From Candidatus Moraniibacteriota bacterium (GTDB lineage: Bacteria; Patescibacteriota; Minisyncoccia; Moranbacterales; UBA9337), in assembly GCA_026985555.1 (NCBI GenBank), contig JALSQF010000003.1, forward strand, positions 1-60,604: 60,604 nt of DNA. Reading direction: 5' to 3'. Position 1 is the stretch's first letter. The number at the start of each line of letters is the position of its first letter. Of this stretch, positions 1-8,639 are shown piece after piece. The position numbers and the translations under genes were made by a program. Under the pieces are notes generated by a model. The model saw nothing but the letters and a program-made list of their open reading frames with translations. It was not told the origin of the DNA and made no database searches.

Positions 1-4
1 AGTT

Positions 5-2266
5 GTGGCGCCGGAGCATGAATTAATTAATAATGAAAAATTAAGAATTAAAAATTGGGATGAAGTAGTTGGATATATTAAAAAAGCTAAGAATAAGACG
101 GAAATGGAGCGAATGGAAGCTAAGGAGAAAACGGGTGTAAAATTAGAAGGACTAGTAGCAGTTAATCCTGCCAATGGTGAAAAAATTCCTATTTTTGTAG
201 CTGATTATGTTTTGGGTGGCTATGGAACCGGAGCAATTATGGCCGTGCCAGCGCACGATGAAAGGGACTATGAATTCGCTACTTATTATAATAAGTCGCT
301 AAATGATGCAGAACGAGCACAGAAAAACGCAGAAAAAATTAAAATTAAACAAGTAATAGCACCAAGATTTGATGGTGAGGGAGATAATGTCATCAAAAAA
401 GACAAACCAATGACCGAACGAAAAATTGTAGATGTTATTATCAAGCACTGGAAAGAAGATAAATATTTTTGTTTAGACTGGTCTAAAAAATCACATAATA
501 AATGGTATAGTTTTGTAGTTGGAGGAGTAGAAAAAGATGAAACTTTAGAGGAGGCTGCTTTGCGTGAGGCTCAAGAAGAGAGTGGCTATAAAAACATGAG
601 AGTTGTTAAACGGATTGGTGGAGAAATACATAGTTATTTCTATGCTGCTCACAAAGGTGTCAATAGGGCGCCAGTGAAAAGAAATTGTATTTACATAGAA
701 TTATTAGATGACCAATGGGAGGAGCCAGCCGAAGAGCATGTCAAAAATCACGACGGTGTTTGGGTTGATAAAAATAAAGTTTCAGATTTTATTAATCTTC
801 CAGAGTTGAAATTATATTGGGATATTTTTACTGGTAAAAATAATGGTATTTTCACAGATAATGGTGAATTAATAAATTCTGGACAATTTGATGGAATGAA
901 TAATGAAGAAGCGAAGAAAAAAATAACTGAATTTGTGGGTGGAGAAATGACAGTTAATTATCGTTTGCGGGATTGGTCAATTTCTCGGCAGAGATATTGG
1001 GGTTGTCCCATACCAATAGTTTATTCTCCAGAGGGAAAAGCAAAGTTTGTCGGAGAAGAAAATTTACCTTGGCTTTTACCAGAAGATGTGGATTTTGTGC
1101 CAGATGGGACAGCGCCTCTGGCTAAATCTAAAGAGCTAAAAGAAAGGGTGAAAAAAATATTTGGTAAAGGTTGGACGCCAGAGGTGGATACTATGGATAC
1201 TTTTGTAGATTCTAGTTGGTATTTTTTACGTTATCCTGATCCGGAAAATGATCAGGAATTTTGCGCATCAGAAAAATTAAAAAGATGGTTGCCGGTAGAT
1301 TTATATATTGGTGGCGCGGAGCATACTTATATGCATTTGCTTTACGCGAGATTTTTTGTAAAAGCGATGCATAAAATGAAGTTGTTAGAATTTGATGAAC
1401 CATTTATGAAATTGCGTCATCAAGGAATGGTTTTAGATAAAAATGGAGTGAAAATGAGTAAGTCCAAAGGAAATGTTATTAATCCCAATGATATGGTAGA
1501 AAAATTTGGCGCTGATGCTACTCGGATGTATATGATGTTTGCTGGTCCGTTAGAAGAAGATATTATGTTTAAAGAGGAAGGTGTAAAAGGTGTTTATCGG
1601 TTTTTGGAAAAAGTTTTCTCTCTTTTTGAGAGGGCGCAAACAGGCGCAGAATTTACACAGACTAATGAGGACGGAAAACAAATAAAAGTAAAAATAGAAT
1701 TTAGAGACTGTGAAAATGAAAATTGCAAGGATGTTCCCCAAAACTTTTTATCTTTATGGCATAAAACTATTAAAGGTGTCACAGAAGACATAGAAAATTT
1801 AAGATTTAACACGGCAATTTCTAAATTGATGATATTCATCAATGAATGTACTAAGCACAATGTTTTGCCAAAATCAGTGATGGAAGGATTTTTAATTTTA
1901 TTATCTCCTTTTGCGCCTCATCTTGCGGAGGAACTTTTTACTGCGTTGCAGTCGCAGACTATTGCTGAACTAACGCGGAATGACGCGGAAAAGAATGTTA
2001 ATGAAAAAAGTTTAAATAACATAGACTCTATTTTCAATCAATCTTGGCCAAAATATAATCCAGAAATAATTCAAGATAAAATTGTAGAAATGGTCATTCA
2101 AATCAATGGCAAGGTGCGAGATAAGATGCAGGTTCCAATGGATATTTCTGAAGAAGAGGTTAAAGAAAAAGCTTTAAATTCTGAAAAAATTAAAAAATAT
2201 ACGGAAGGTAAAAAAATTAAAAAAGTAATTTTCGTAAAAGGAAAGCTTATTAGTTTAGTGGTTTAA
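5..2266 (+). CDS. leuS: Leucine--tRNA ligase, 5'-truncated by the window edge, with an inserted Nudix domain
   Basis: CP1 motifs (IPIFVADYVL, GTGAIMAVPAHDERD), RLRDWSISRQRYWGCPIP, DTMDTFVDSSWY, KMSKSKGN, and C-terminal VIQINGKVRD. The HIGH motif lies upstream of the window. Nudix box at 521-589. Confidence 0.97.
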   Translation: MAPEHELINNEKLRIKNWDEVVGYIKKAKNKTEMERMEAKEKTGVKLEGLVAVNPANGEKIPIFVADYVLGGYGTGAIMAVPAHDERDYEFATYYNKSLNDAERAQKNAEKIKIKQVIAPRFDGEGDNVIKKDKPMTERKIVDVIIKHWKEDKYFCLDWSKKSHNKWYSFVVGGVEKDETLEEAALREAQEESGYKNMRVVKRIGGEIHSYFYAAHKGVNRAPVKRNCIYIELLDDQWEEPAEEHVKNHDGVWVDKNKVSDFINLPELKLYWDIFTGKNNGIFTDNGELINSGQFDGMNNEEAKKKITEFVGGEMTVNYRLRDWSISRQRYWGCPIPIVYSPEGKAKFVGEENLPWLLPEDVDFVPDGTAPLAKSKELKERVKKIFGKGWTPEVDTMDTFVDSSWYFLRYPDPENDQEFCASEKLKRWLPVDLYIGGAEHTYMHLLYARFFVKAMHKMKLLEFDEPFMKLRHQGMVLDKNGVKMSKSKGNVINPNDMVEKFGADATRMYMMFAGPLEEDIMFKEEGVKGVYRFLEKVFSLFERAQTGAEFTQTNEDGKQIKVKIEFRDCENENCKDVPQNFLSLWHKTIKGVTEDIENLRFNTAISKLMIFINECTKHNVLPKSVMEGFLILLSPFAPHLAEELFTALQSQTIAELTRNDAEKNVNEKSLNNIDSIFNQSWPKYNPEIIQDKIVEMVIQINGKVRDKMQVPMDISEEEVKEKALNSEKIKKYTEGKKIKKVIFVKGKLISLVV
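296..333 (+). repeat. In-frame 4 x heptamer repeat element in leuS, copy 1
   Basis: tcgctaa(296), atgcaga(306), gcacaga(317), acgcaga(327); spacing 10/11/10; encodes SLNDAERAQKNAE. Confidence 0.65.
1634..1671 (+). repeat. In-frame 4 x heptamer repeat element in leuS, copy 2
   Basis: gcgcaaa(1634), gcgcaga(1644), acacaga(1655), atgagga(1665); spacing 10/11/10; encodes AQTGAEFTQTNED. Confidence 0.65.
1952..1989 (+). repeat. In-frame 4 x heptamer repeat element in leuS, copy 3
   Basis: tcgcaga(1952), ttgctga(1962), acgcgga(1973), acgcgga(1983); spacing 10/11/10; encodes SQTIAELTRNDAE. Confidence 0.65.
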
Positions 2267-2297
2267 TTTTGTTAATAAATTTTTTTTTATTAAATTT

Positions 2298-3428
2298 ATG
2301 AGTAAAAAAAACAATAAACAAAACTATCAAAAAATTTTATTGATTTTAGTATTCAGTTTATTCTTACTGGGGGGGATAATTTTGGTAAGTAAATATTTTT
2401 GGCCATTTTTATTTTCTACTGATCATTTTCAAACAAATAATAATAAAAACTATCATCAAGATCAAAACAATAAGATTTATAGTGTTAAAGAAGTAGCTGA
2501 TATACTGAAAAACAATCCGGAATTTTTACAAAACAAACAAATTAAAATAAAAGCTTATAAGGCAGATGATGTTAAGGGGATTGGATGTGGTGATTATCTT
2601 ATATTAATAGATTATAACAATATTGAATTATATAAAAAAAGATATCAGCAAAATGTGTCTAATTTGGAAAAATTAAAAGCTTTACAAATACCTAAAATTA
2701 AAACAGGAGAATCATTGGGAATGTCTCAAGAAATCTTTCCGACAGTTTATGCTGTATATCAAGGACATTTTTATGATAAAAAATTGAGCAGTAAATGCAA
2801 AAATGGTTATAAAAGATTTGTTATTGATAAAAAAATAAAGGAAATTATTCCAGACAAAAATTTTGCTAATTTATCAGAAACTATTCAGAGTGGTTGTTTA
2901 ATTGCTAATGGTAGGTTAATTAACAATCCAATTAAGGTGGAATTAAAAAATAATACTATAAAGGTTAACGGAATTTTATATGAACCAACAACAGAGGCCA
3001 GAGTAGGAAAAATAACAATGCTTACTAATGATTATATGCTAAAAAGATATCGTGATTTAATTAATTATCTAAAGAATAATAAGATAATAATTTATGGTGG
3101 AGATTCTTATGAAGGTAGTGGTGGATATTGTGAAGAGTATAAATTATTTGAAATAAATAAAATAATTAAAAGCCATTATTCTTCAGAGGAAAAAAAGGAA
3201 AAATTAGCTAAAATATTAGGTAGTCCAGCATCTTTTAATGCTTATGATGATATGTTGAAAAATTGGACTTTTAATGAAAAAGATTTTTATCATTGTCCAA
3301 AATCTAATGAAATGTATCAAGAAAATCATTTAGATTGTCAGCCTCCTTTTAATACAAAAAAATATTGTCAAAAAGGTTATAGAAAATGGATTAATGATAA
3401 TTGTGAGGAGATTATTTTTGTAGATTAA
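2298..3428 (+). CDS. Membrane-anchored, Cys-rich hypothetical surface protein
   Basis: Basic N-terminus plus hydrophobic helix (ILLILVFSLFLLGGIILVS); several Cys, including a C-terminal four-Cys module (HCP...DCQPP...YC...NC). Confidence 0.75.
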   Translation: MSKKNNKQNYQKILLILVFSLFLLGGIILVSKYFWPFLFSTDHFQTNNNKNYHQDQNNKIYSVKEVADILKNNPEFLQNKQIKIKAYKADDVKGIGCGDYLILIDYNNIELYKKRYQQNVSNLEKLKALQIPKIKTGESLGMSQEIFPTVYAVYQGHFYDKKLSSKCKNGYKRFVIDKKIKEIIPDKNFANLSETIQSGCLIANGRLINNPIKVELKNNTIKVNGILYEPTTEARVGKITMLTNDYMLKRYRDLINYLKNNKIIIYGGDSYEGSGGYCEEYKLFEINKIIKSHYSSEEKKEKLAKILGSPASFNAYDDMLKNWTFNEKDFYHCPKSNEMYQENHLDCQPPFNTKKYCQKGYRKWINDNCEEIIFVD

Positions 3429-3451
3429 TTTATTGTCTTTTTAGAAAACAA

Positions 3452-4339
3452 ATGAAAAAATCATTTTTAATTTTGATATTTTTAATTAGCATTACTTTTT
3501 CTTTTTTAATAGAAAAGTTTATTTTTAATTCTTTTTTTCTCTTTACGGATGCTCAAAATGATAAGGAAATAAATAACTTAAGTAACAATTATAAAACAAA
3601 AAACAGCCAAGAAAAAGGAATTAAAAAAACCAATTTTATAACTGAGGAAGAATATCAAAAAATTAAGCAAAACTTTAAAAAACAAGATAATAAAAAAGAA
3701 ATTAAGTCTAAAAAAGAAAACAATATTGATTTTAATCAAAAGGTTGTTTATCCAGTTTTTTTCACCTCTCAAGCTCCTTCAGGACAATGGAAAAATGAAA
3801 TTTTTCAAGATGGATGTGAAGAGGCCTCTATGCTTATGGCTTTGAATTGGGCTAAAAATGATAATAAAAAATTATCCAAAAAACAAGTGGAAACAGAAAT
3901 AGAAAAAATTTCTCTTTTTGAAAAAGAAAAATACAATTTTTATTTAGATGTTTCTTTAGTTGATGTTTATAAAATTATTCAAGATTATTATAACTATTCT
4001 CATATTAAATTTTTAGAAACAATAAAAAAAGATGATTTAATAAAAACTCTTTATAAAGAGGCAGTTTTAATTGTTCCAGTTAATGGTCAACTATTGAATA
4101 ATCCTTTTTTTACTTCTCCTGGTCCAGAGTATCATACCTTATTGATTGTTGGTTATAATCCAAAGGATAAAAATTTTATTGTTAATGATCCAGGGACTAG
4201 GAGAGGAGATCATTATCATTATAATGAAGATGTTTTATATAAGGCTATTCGTGATTATCCATCTGGTTATCATCAGGTAATTAAAGAAAAGCACAAAAGA
4301 GCTATAGCAATATATAAAAATAAAAAAGATATTAATTAA
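3452..4339 (+). CDS. C39-like (papain-fold) peptidase, secreted or anchored
   Basis: N-terminal hydrophobic segment; FTSQAP...DGCEEAS (Cys), EYHTLLIVGY (His) and VNDPG (Asp) triad pattern. Confidence 0.8.
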   Translation: MKKSFLILIFLISITFSFLIEKFIFNSFFLFTDAQNDKEINNLSNNYKTKNSQEKGIKKTNFITEEEYQKIKQNFKKQDNKKEIKSKKENNIDFNQKVVYPVFFTSQAPSGQWKNEIFQDGCEEASMLMALNWAKNDNKKLSKKQVETEIEKISLFEKEKYNFYLDVSLVDVYKIIQDYYNYSHIKFLETIKKDDLIKTLYKEAVLIVPVNGQLLNNPFFTSPGPEYHTLLIVGYNPKDKNFIVNDPGTRRGDHYHYNEDVLYKAIRDYPSGYHQVIKEKHKRAIAIYKNKKDIN

Positions 4340-4364
4340 CTAACAAATTTAATTTTCAAAATCA

Positions 4365-5390
4365 ATGAAAAAAGTTGTTACTATCGGAGGAGGAACAGGA
4401 AGTTTTACCTTGCTTTCAGGATTAAAGAAATATCCTTTAAATATAACGGCTATTGTTTCTATGGCCGATGATGGAGGGTCAACGGGCAGATTAAGAGACG
4501 AATTGGGAGTTTTACCTCCGGGAGATGTGCGGCAATGTTTAGTAGCTTTAAGCAATTCTTCAGATATATTAAGAAAATTGATGAATTATCGTTTTGAAAA
4601 AGGCGGTTTAAAAGGACATAATTTTGGTAATCTTTTTCTTTCAGCTTTAGAAAAAATTACAGGAAAATTTAGTTTAGGAGTAGAAGAAGCTACAAGAATA
4701 TTAAATGTTACACACAAGGTGTTACCTGTTTCGGAAGAAAAAATGACTTTATATATTAAATTAAACAATGGAAAAACTATCAAAGGAGAGAAACAATTGG
4801 ATCATAATAAGTTAGTTAGAAAATTCGGAATTAAAGAAATTTATTTAAAACCCAAAGTTAAAGCCTATGAGAAAGCTATAAAAGCTATAGAAAAAGCTAA
4901 TTTTATTATTATCGGACCAGGTGATCACTATGGTTCTATTTTACCTAATTTGTTAATTAGAAAAATTTCGCAAGCTATTCAAAAATCAAAAGCTAAAGTA
5001 ATTTATGTTTGTAATTTAACTAATAAGAAAGGACAAACAGAAGGATTTGATTTAAATGATTATGTAAATTTTATAAATGAATATGTTGGGAAAAACAGAA
5101 TTGATTATGTTGTTTATAATATTAAAAAACCAGCTCAAAAATTAATTGCGAAATACGAAAAAATAGAAGGAAAAAACTCTTTGGTAACTTTTGATATTGA
5201 TAAATATGAAAACAGAAATTATAAAGTTGTAAAAGCAAATATTTTAAAAAAATCTAATGTTGTAATGAATAAAAATGATGCAATTAAAAATACACGTTCT
5301 TTTATCCGTCATGATAGCGATAAATTAGCTCAAGTTTTAGTAGAAATTTTTAATAGAAATGATAGAAGTATTATTAAAGATATTATTTGA
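4365..5390 (+). CDS. yvcK: YvcK/GlmR family protein (UDP-GlcNAc-binding, CofD-like)
   Basis: VVTIGGGTG, DDGGSTGRLRDELGVLPPGDVR, GHNFGNL, IGPG..YGSILPNL, RHDSDKLA. Confidence 0.92.
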   Translation: MKKVVTIGGGTGSFTLLSGLKKYPLNITAIVSMADDGGSTGRLRDELGVLPPGDVRQCLVALSNSSDILRKLMNYRFEKGGLKGHNFGNLFLSALEKITGKFSLGVEEATRILNVTHKVLPVSEEKMTLYIKLNNGKTIKGEKQLDHNKLVRKFGIKEIYLKPKVKAYEKAIKAIEKANFIIIGPGDHYGSILPNLLIRKISQAIQKSKAKVIYVCNLTNKKGQTEGFDLNDYVNFINEYVGKNRIDYVVYNIKKPAQKLIAKYEKIEGKNSLVTFDIDKYENRNYKVVKANILKKSNVVMNKNDAIKNTRSFIRHDSDKLAQVLVEIFNRNDRSIIKDII

Positions 5391-5516
5391 AAATCTTATA
5401 TTAAATTTATAAAAAAATTTAAAACATAGATTACCTATAAATTTTCTAACGTAAAAATTTACAATTCTTTTTTACTATGCTACAATTAAAACATAAAAAT
5501 TTTAATTAATAAAAAC

Positions 5517-6194
5517 ATGGTAAAAGAAAAACAAAAAAAGAAAAAAGGGAGCATTTTAGTTTTTTCTCTCATTATTATGTTTATAATTCTTTCTGCGGCA
5601 GTAGGATTAACTATGGTAACTATTACTCATCAGAAAACCACTCTTGACACGAGTCAATCTACACAAGCTTTTCAAGTGGCTAATGGAGGAATAGAAAAAT
5701 TTTTAAATAAAATTAAATCTTCCACAGGAGATATTAATACTATTTTTAATAATAATTGCTCCAACAATCAAGTTAGTTTTTCTGTTTCCGGAGGAACAGC
5801 TAAGGTTACTTTTTACGATAGTAATAATCAACCTTTAAGTTGTTCTGATTCTGTTAGTTCCATAGATCATATTAAATCTGTAGGAGAAATTAATAATACT
5901 AAAAGAGCTGTGCAGGTGGCCATAGCGGCAGGAGATGTTCCTTCAGGTACTATTACAGGGGGATGTACGATTGAACTTCGCGAAATAAATAATAAATCGC
6001 ATATAGATACTAGGTGGGGGGAAGGATGTAAAGAACCTGCAACAAAAAACATTGTTTATTGTGGAGGAGAAGATTCGCGAGGCCCTCTTAATGATAATAA
6101 TGTGGCAGAAACAAGTGGTTATAAATGTGGAGAAATTGCAATAGTTAATTTTAATGGTTATGAAAAAATACATTGTCTTTGTATAAAAAAATAA
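5517..6194 (+). CDS. PilX-like minor type IV pilin with a Cys-rich C-terminal domain
   Basis: Prepilin-like KKG|SILVFSLII hydrophobic helix, followed by the PilX-type S..AF..A..GIE motif and G.....RAVQV. Confidence 0.75.
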   Translation: MVKEKQKKKKGSILVFSLIIMFIILSAAVGLTMVTITHQKTTLDTSQSTQAFQVANGGIEKFLNKIKSSTGDINTIFNNNCSNNQVSFSVSGGTAKVTFYDSNNQPLSCSDSVSSIDHIKSVGEINNTKRAVQVAIAAGDVPSGTITGGCTIELREINNKSHIDTRWGEGCKEPATKNIVYCGGEDSRGPLNDNNVAETSGYKCGEIAIVNFNGYEKIHCLCIKK

Positions 6195-6207
6195 AAAATT
6201 ATTAGAA

Positions 6208-7872
6208 TTATTTATTTAGATATTTAAACAAATAAGTATCTTTTAATCTATAACCTAATTTTCTATAATAATTGCGTACACCTACACCAGAGATTACTAC
6301 TATTTTATTTAATTTATATTTTGAATGAACAATTTTTTCTGCTTCTTGAATAAGTTTTTTTCCTAAACCAAAATGTTGAGGAGATTGTTTTTCTTTTCTT
6401 CCTATGGAAATAAGTTTTCCATAGGTATGCACTTCTCTAATAAGAGCAGCCTTTTTCAAAACAGGTAATTTTTTGTATAATTCTTTGTTCTGAAAAGAGG
6501 GAATGCGTAAACGTAATAAAGCGTATATTTTTTGAGTAGTAGGATGAATAAATTGTAAAAATATTTCTTTTCCTTGTGAAGCTTCATATTCAATTTTATC
6601 TAAAATAATTTTGTCTTGAGAAGAAAAATCATTTTTAATTTCCCGACATCTAATACAGGAACAAGTTACTTTTTTTGCAATGATTTGACGTAAATTTGAT
6701 ATTTTAGGTCCAGCTTCAATGGAAGGAAGGGGAACATCACGCACTAATCTTTGAATGCGAACATAGGGAGGAATATACTTTCTTTTTATTTGAATAATTA
6801 ATTTTTCAAAAGTTTTATCAGTTAAAGGAGTATATTTTTTCTTTTTCCAAAGAGTATATAAATAAGAATTTTTGATTACTAAAGTAGGATAAATTTTTAA
6901 CATATCTGGTTGAAAATGGCTATTATGAAAGAGTTCAAAAAACATTTTTTCATCAGAAAAATCTGATTGATTTTTAAGAGAAGGCAATTTGGTAGTATTT
7001 GGAGTTCCATAAAGTCCTGGCATTATGTGATAATTAACTTTAAATCCAGCATCTTTAAGAAGTTGAGTGGCTTGAATAGTTTCTTTAACTAAATGTCCAC
7101 GTTTATTAAGAAGAAGAATTTTATCAAAAATAGATTGTACTCCAATTTCCACACGAGTGCATCCTAATTGACGAAAATTAACAATTTCTTTTTCATTAAC
7201 ATAATCAGGTCTTGTCTCTAGAGTTAACCCAACAATATGGTGTTTATTTTTTTCATTACGTTTTTGTTCGTATTTTAATTGCTGTTTTAAAGTAGAAGAT
7301 TTTTTTGCAATCCGAGAGGATGTAAATTTAGAACGGGGATAATCATTGGCAGCGCGGAAACATTCTTTAATAAACCATTTTTGATAGTTTTTAGTGAAAT
7401 AAGAAAAAGTTCCTCCTATAACAATTAATTCAATTTTATCTAACGAATGTCCGTTCAATTCTAGGGCACGTAAACGAGATTGAACTTGTAAATAAGGATT
7501 AAATTTATTCATTACAGCTCTCATTACAGCCGGTTCATTGGGCAGATAACTTTTAGGCATATTTTGTGCAGAAGGACAAAAGATACATTTTCCAGGACAA
7601 GGATAAGGTTTAGTTAAAACAGCTACAATAGCTACTCCTGATTGAGTGCGGATAGCGCGAGAGAGCATTATTTTTTCTAACTTTTGCTGGCGCTTAATTT
7701 TTCTTTCTTTAATCATTTTTTCATAAAGCTCTCTCAGATCAGCGTTAGTGGGTTGAGGAATTTTTCTATTGTTGCAAAAACTTTTTTTAAAATTTAAAAA
7801 AGCGGTAGAATTAATAAAATCTTTTTTTATTGCTAACTGGATGAATTGTTGATAATCTTGTTTAAAAGACAT
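6208..7872 (-). CDS. elp3: Elp3-family radical SAM/KAT tRNA uridine(34) carboxymethyltransferase
   Basis: CPGKCIFC (CX3CX2C), GHSLDKIELIVIGGTF, LETRPDY, RVEIGVQS, LKIYPTLV, CIRCRE, REVHTYG, QHFGLGK, ISGVGVRNYYRKLGY. Start moved to the ATG at 7872 (MSFKQ) because the longer ORF overlaps the divergent gene. Confidence 0.95.
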   Translation of the reverse strand: MSFKQDYQQFIQLAIKKDFINSTAFLNFKKSFCNNRKIPQPTNADLRELYEKMIKERKIKRQQKLEKIMLSRAIRTQSGVAIVAVLTKPYPCPGKCIFCPSAQNMPKSYLPNEPAVMRAVMNKFNPYLQVQSRLRALELNGHSLDKIELIVIGGTFSYFTKNYQKWFIKECFRAANDYPRSKFTSSRIAKKSSTLKQQLKYEQKRNEKNKHHIVGLTLETRPDYVNEKEIVNFRQLGCTRVEIGVQSIFDKILLLNKRGHLVKETIQATQLLKDAGFKVNYHIMPGLYGTPNTTKLPSLKNQSDFSDEKMFFELFHNSHFQPDMLKIYPTLVIKNSYLYTLWKKKKYTPLTDKTFEKLIIQIKRKYIPPYVRIQRLVRDVPLPSIEAGPKISNLRQIIAKKVTCSCIRCREIKNDFSSQDKIILDKIEYEASQGKEIFLQFIHPTTQKIYALLRLRIPSFQNKELYKKLPVLKKAALIREVHTYGKLISIGRKEKQSPQHFGLGKKLIQEAEKIVHSKYKLNKIVVISGVGVRNYYRKLGYRLKDTYLFKYLNK

Positions 7873-7909
7873 AAGATTAGATAATATGTTAAAATAAATA
7901 AAATAATTT

Positions 7910-8629
7910 ATGAAAATAGAAACGAGGAAAAAAATTCTACGAGCCACAGAACAAGGATATGATTTAATTGCTGAAAAATTTTCTGCTACTAGAAAAAACT
8001 TTTGGAGTGATTTAAGGTTTATAGCAGATTTTACGCAAAAAGGCAATAAAGTATTAGATTATGGTTGTGGAAATGGTCGCTTGCTAGAAATTCTTCCTCA
8101 AAATATAGATTATTTTGGCGTAGATATTTCTGGGCGTTTAATTGAGTTAGCTCGGAAAAAATATTCAAATACAAGCAATCAAATAGCTTTTCAAAGAAAA
8201 TTAAATTTTCAAAAAATATCTTCTTCAAAAGTTATTCTTCCTTTTGAAAATAATTTTTTTGATGTTATATATAGTATAGCAGTTTTTCATCACTTACCGG
8301 ATAAACAATATCGTTTTCAAATTTTAAAGGAGTTAAAAAGAGTTTTAAAACCGAAAGGTTATTTGATTATTTCTGTTTGGAATTTATGGCAAAATCCTTA
8401 TTATAAAAAAATTATTCAAAATTGGAAAAATAAATTCTTTGGAAAAAGTAAACTTGATTGGAATGATTGTTTTATAGATTTTAAAGATAATCAAAACAAA
8501 GTTTTTTCTCGTTTTCATCATGCTTTTTCTCAAAGAGAGTTGGAAAATCTTTTTCAAAAAAATAATTTTCAAAACATTCAAATTCAAAAAATACAAAATA
8601 AAAATCTTTTAATTATAGGAAAAAAATGA
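7910..8629 (+). CDS. Class I SAM-dependent methyltransferase, Trm9/ALKBH8-MT-like
   Basis: LDYGCGNG motif I; YDLIAEKFSATR, SIAVFHHL, LKPKG..IISVW and RFHHAF...EL resemble, from recall, yeast Trm9 segments YNEIAPHFSQTR, SIAVVHHW and RYYHLY...EL. Confidence 0.85.
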   Translation: MKIETRKKILRATEQGYDLIAEKFSATRKNFWSDLRFIADFTQKGNKVLDYGCGNGRLLEILPQNIDYFGVDISGRLIELARKKYSNTSNQIAFQRKLNFQKISSSKVILPFENNFFDVIYSIAVFHHLPDKQYRFQILKELKRVLKPKGYLIISVWNLWQNPYYKKIIQNWKNKFFGKSKLDWNDCFIDFKDNQNKVFSRFHHAFSQRELENLFQKNNFQNIQIQKIQNKNLLIIGKK

Positions 8630-8639
8630 AAATGAAAAA

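Noticed and set aside
7873-8046. 58-aa N-terminal extension of Elp3 in the ORF track
   Set aside because: It overlaps the divergent methyltransferase antisense and looks like non-coding translation; the ATG at 7872 is preferred.
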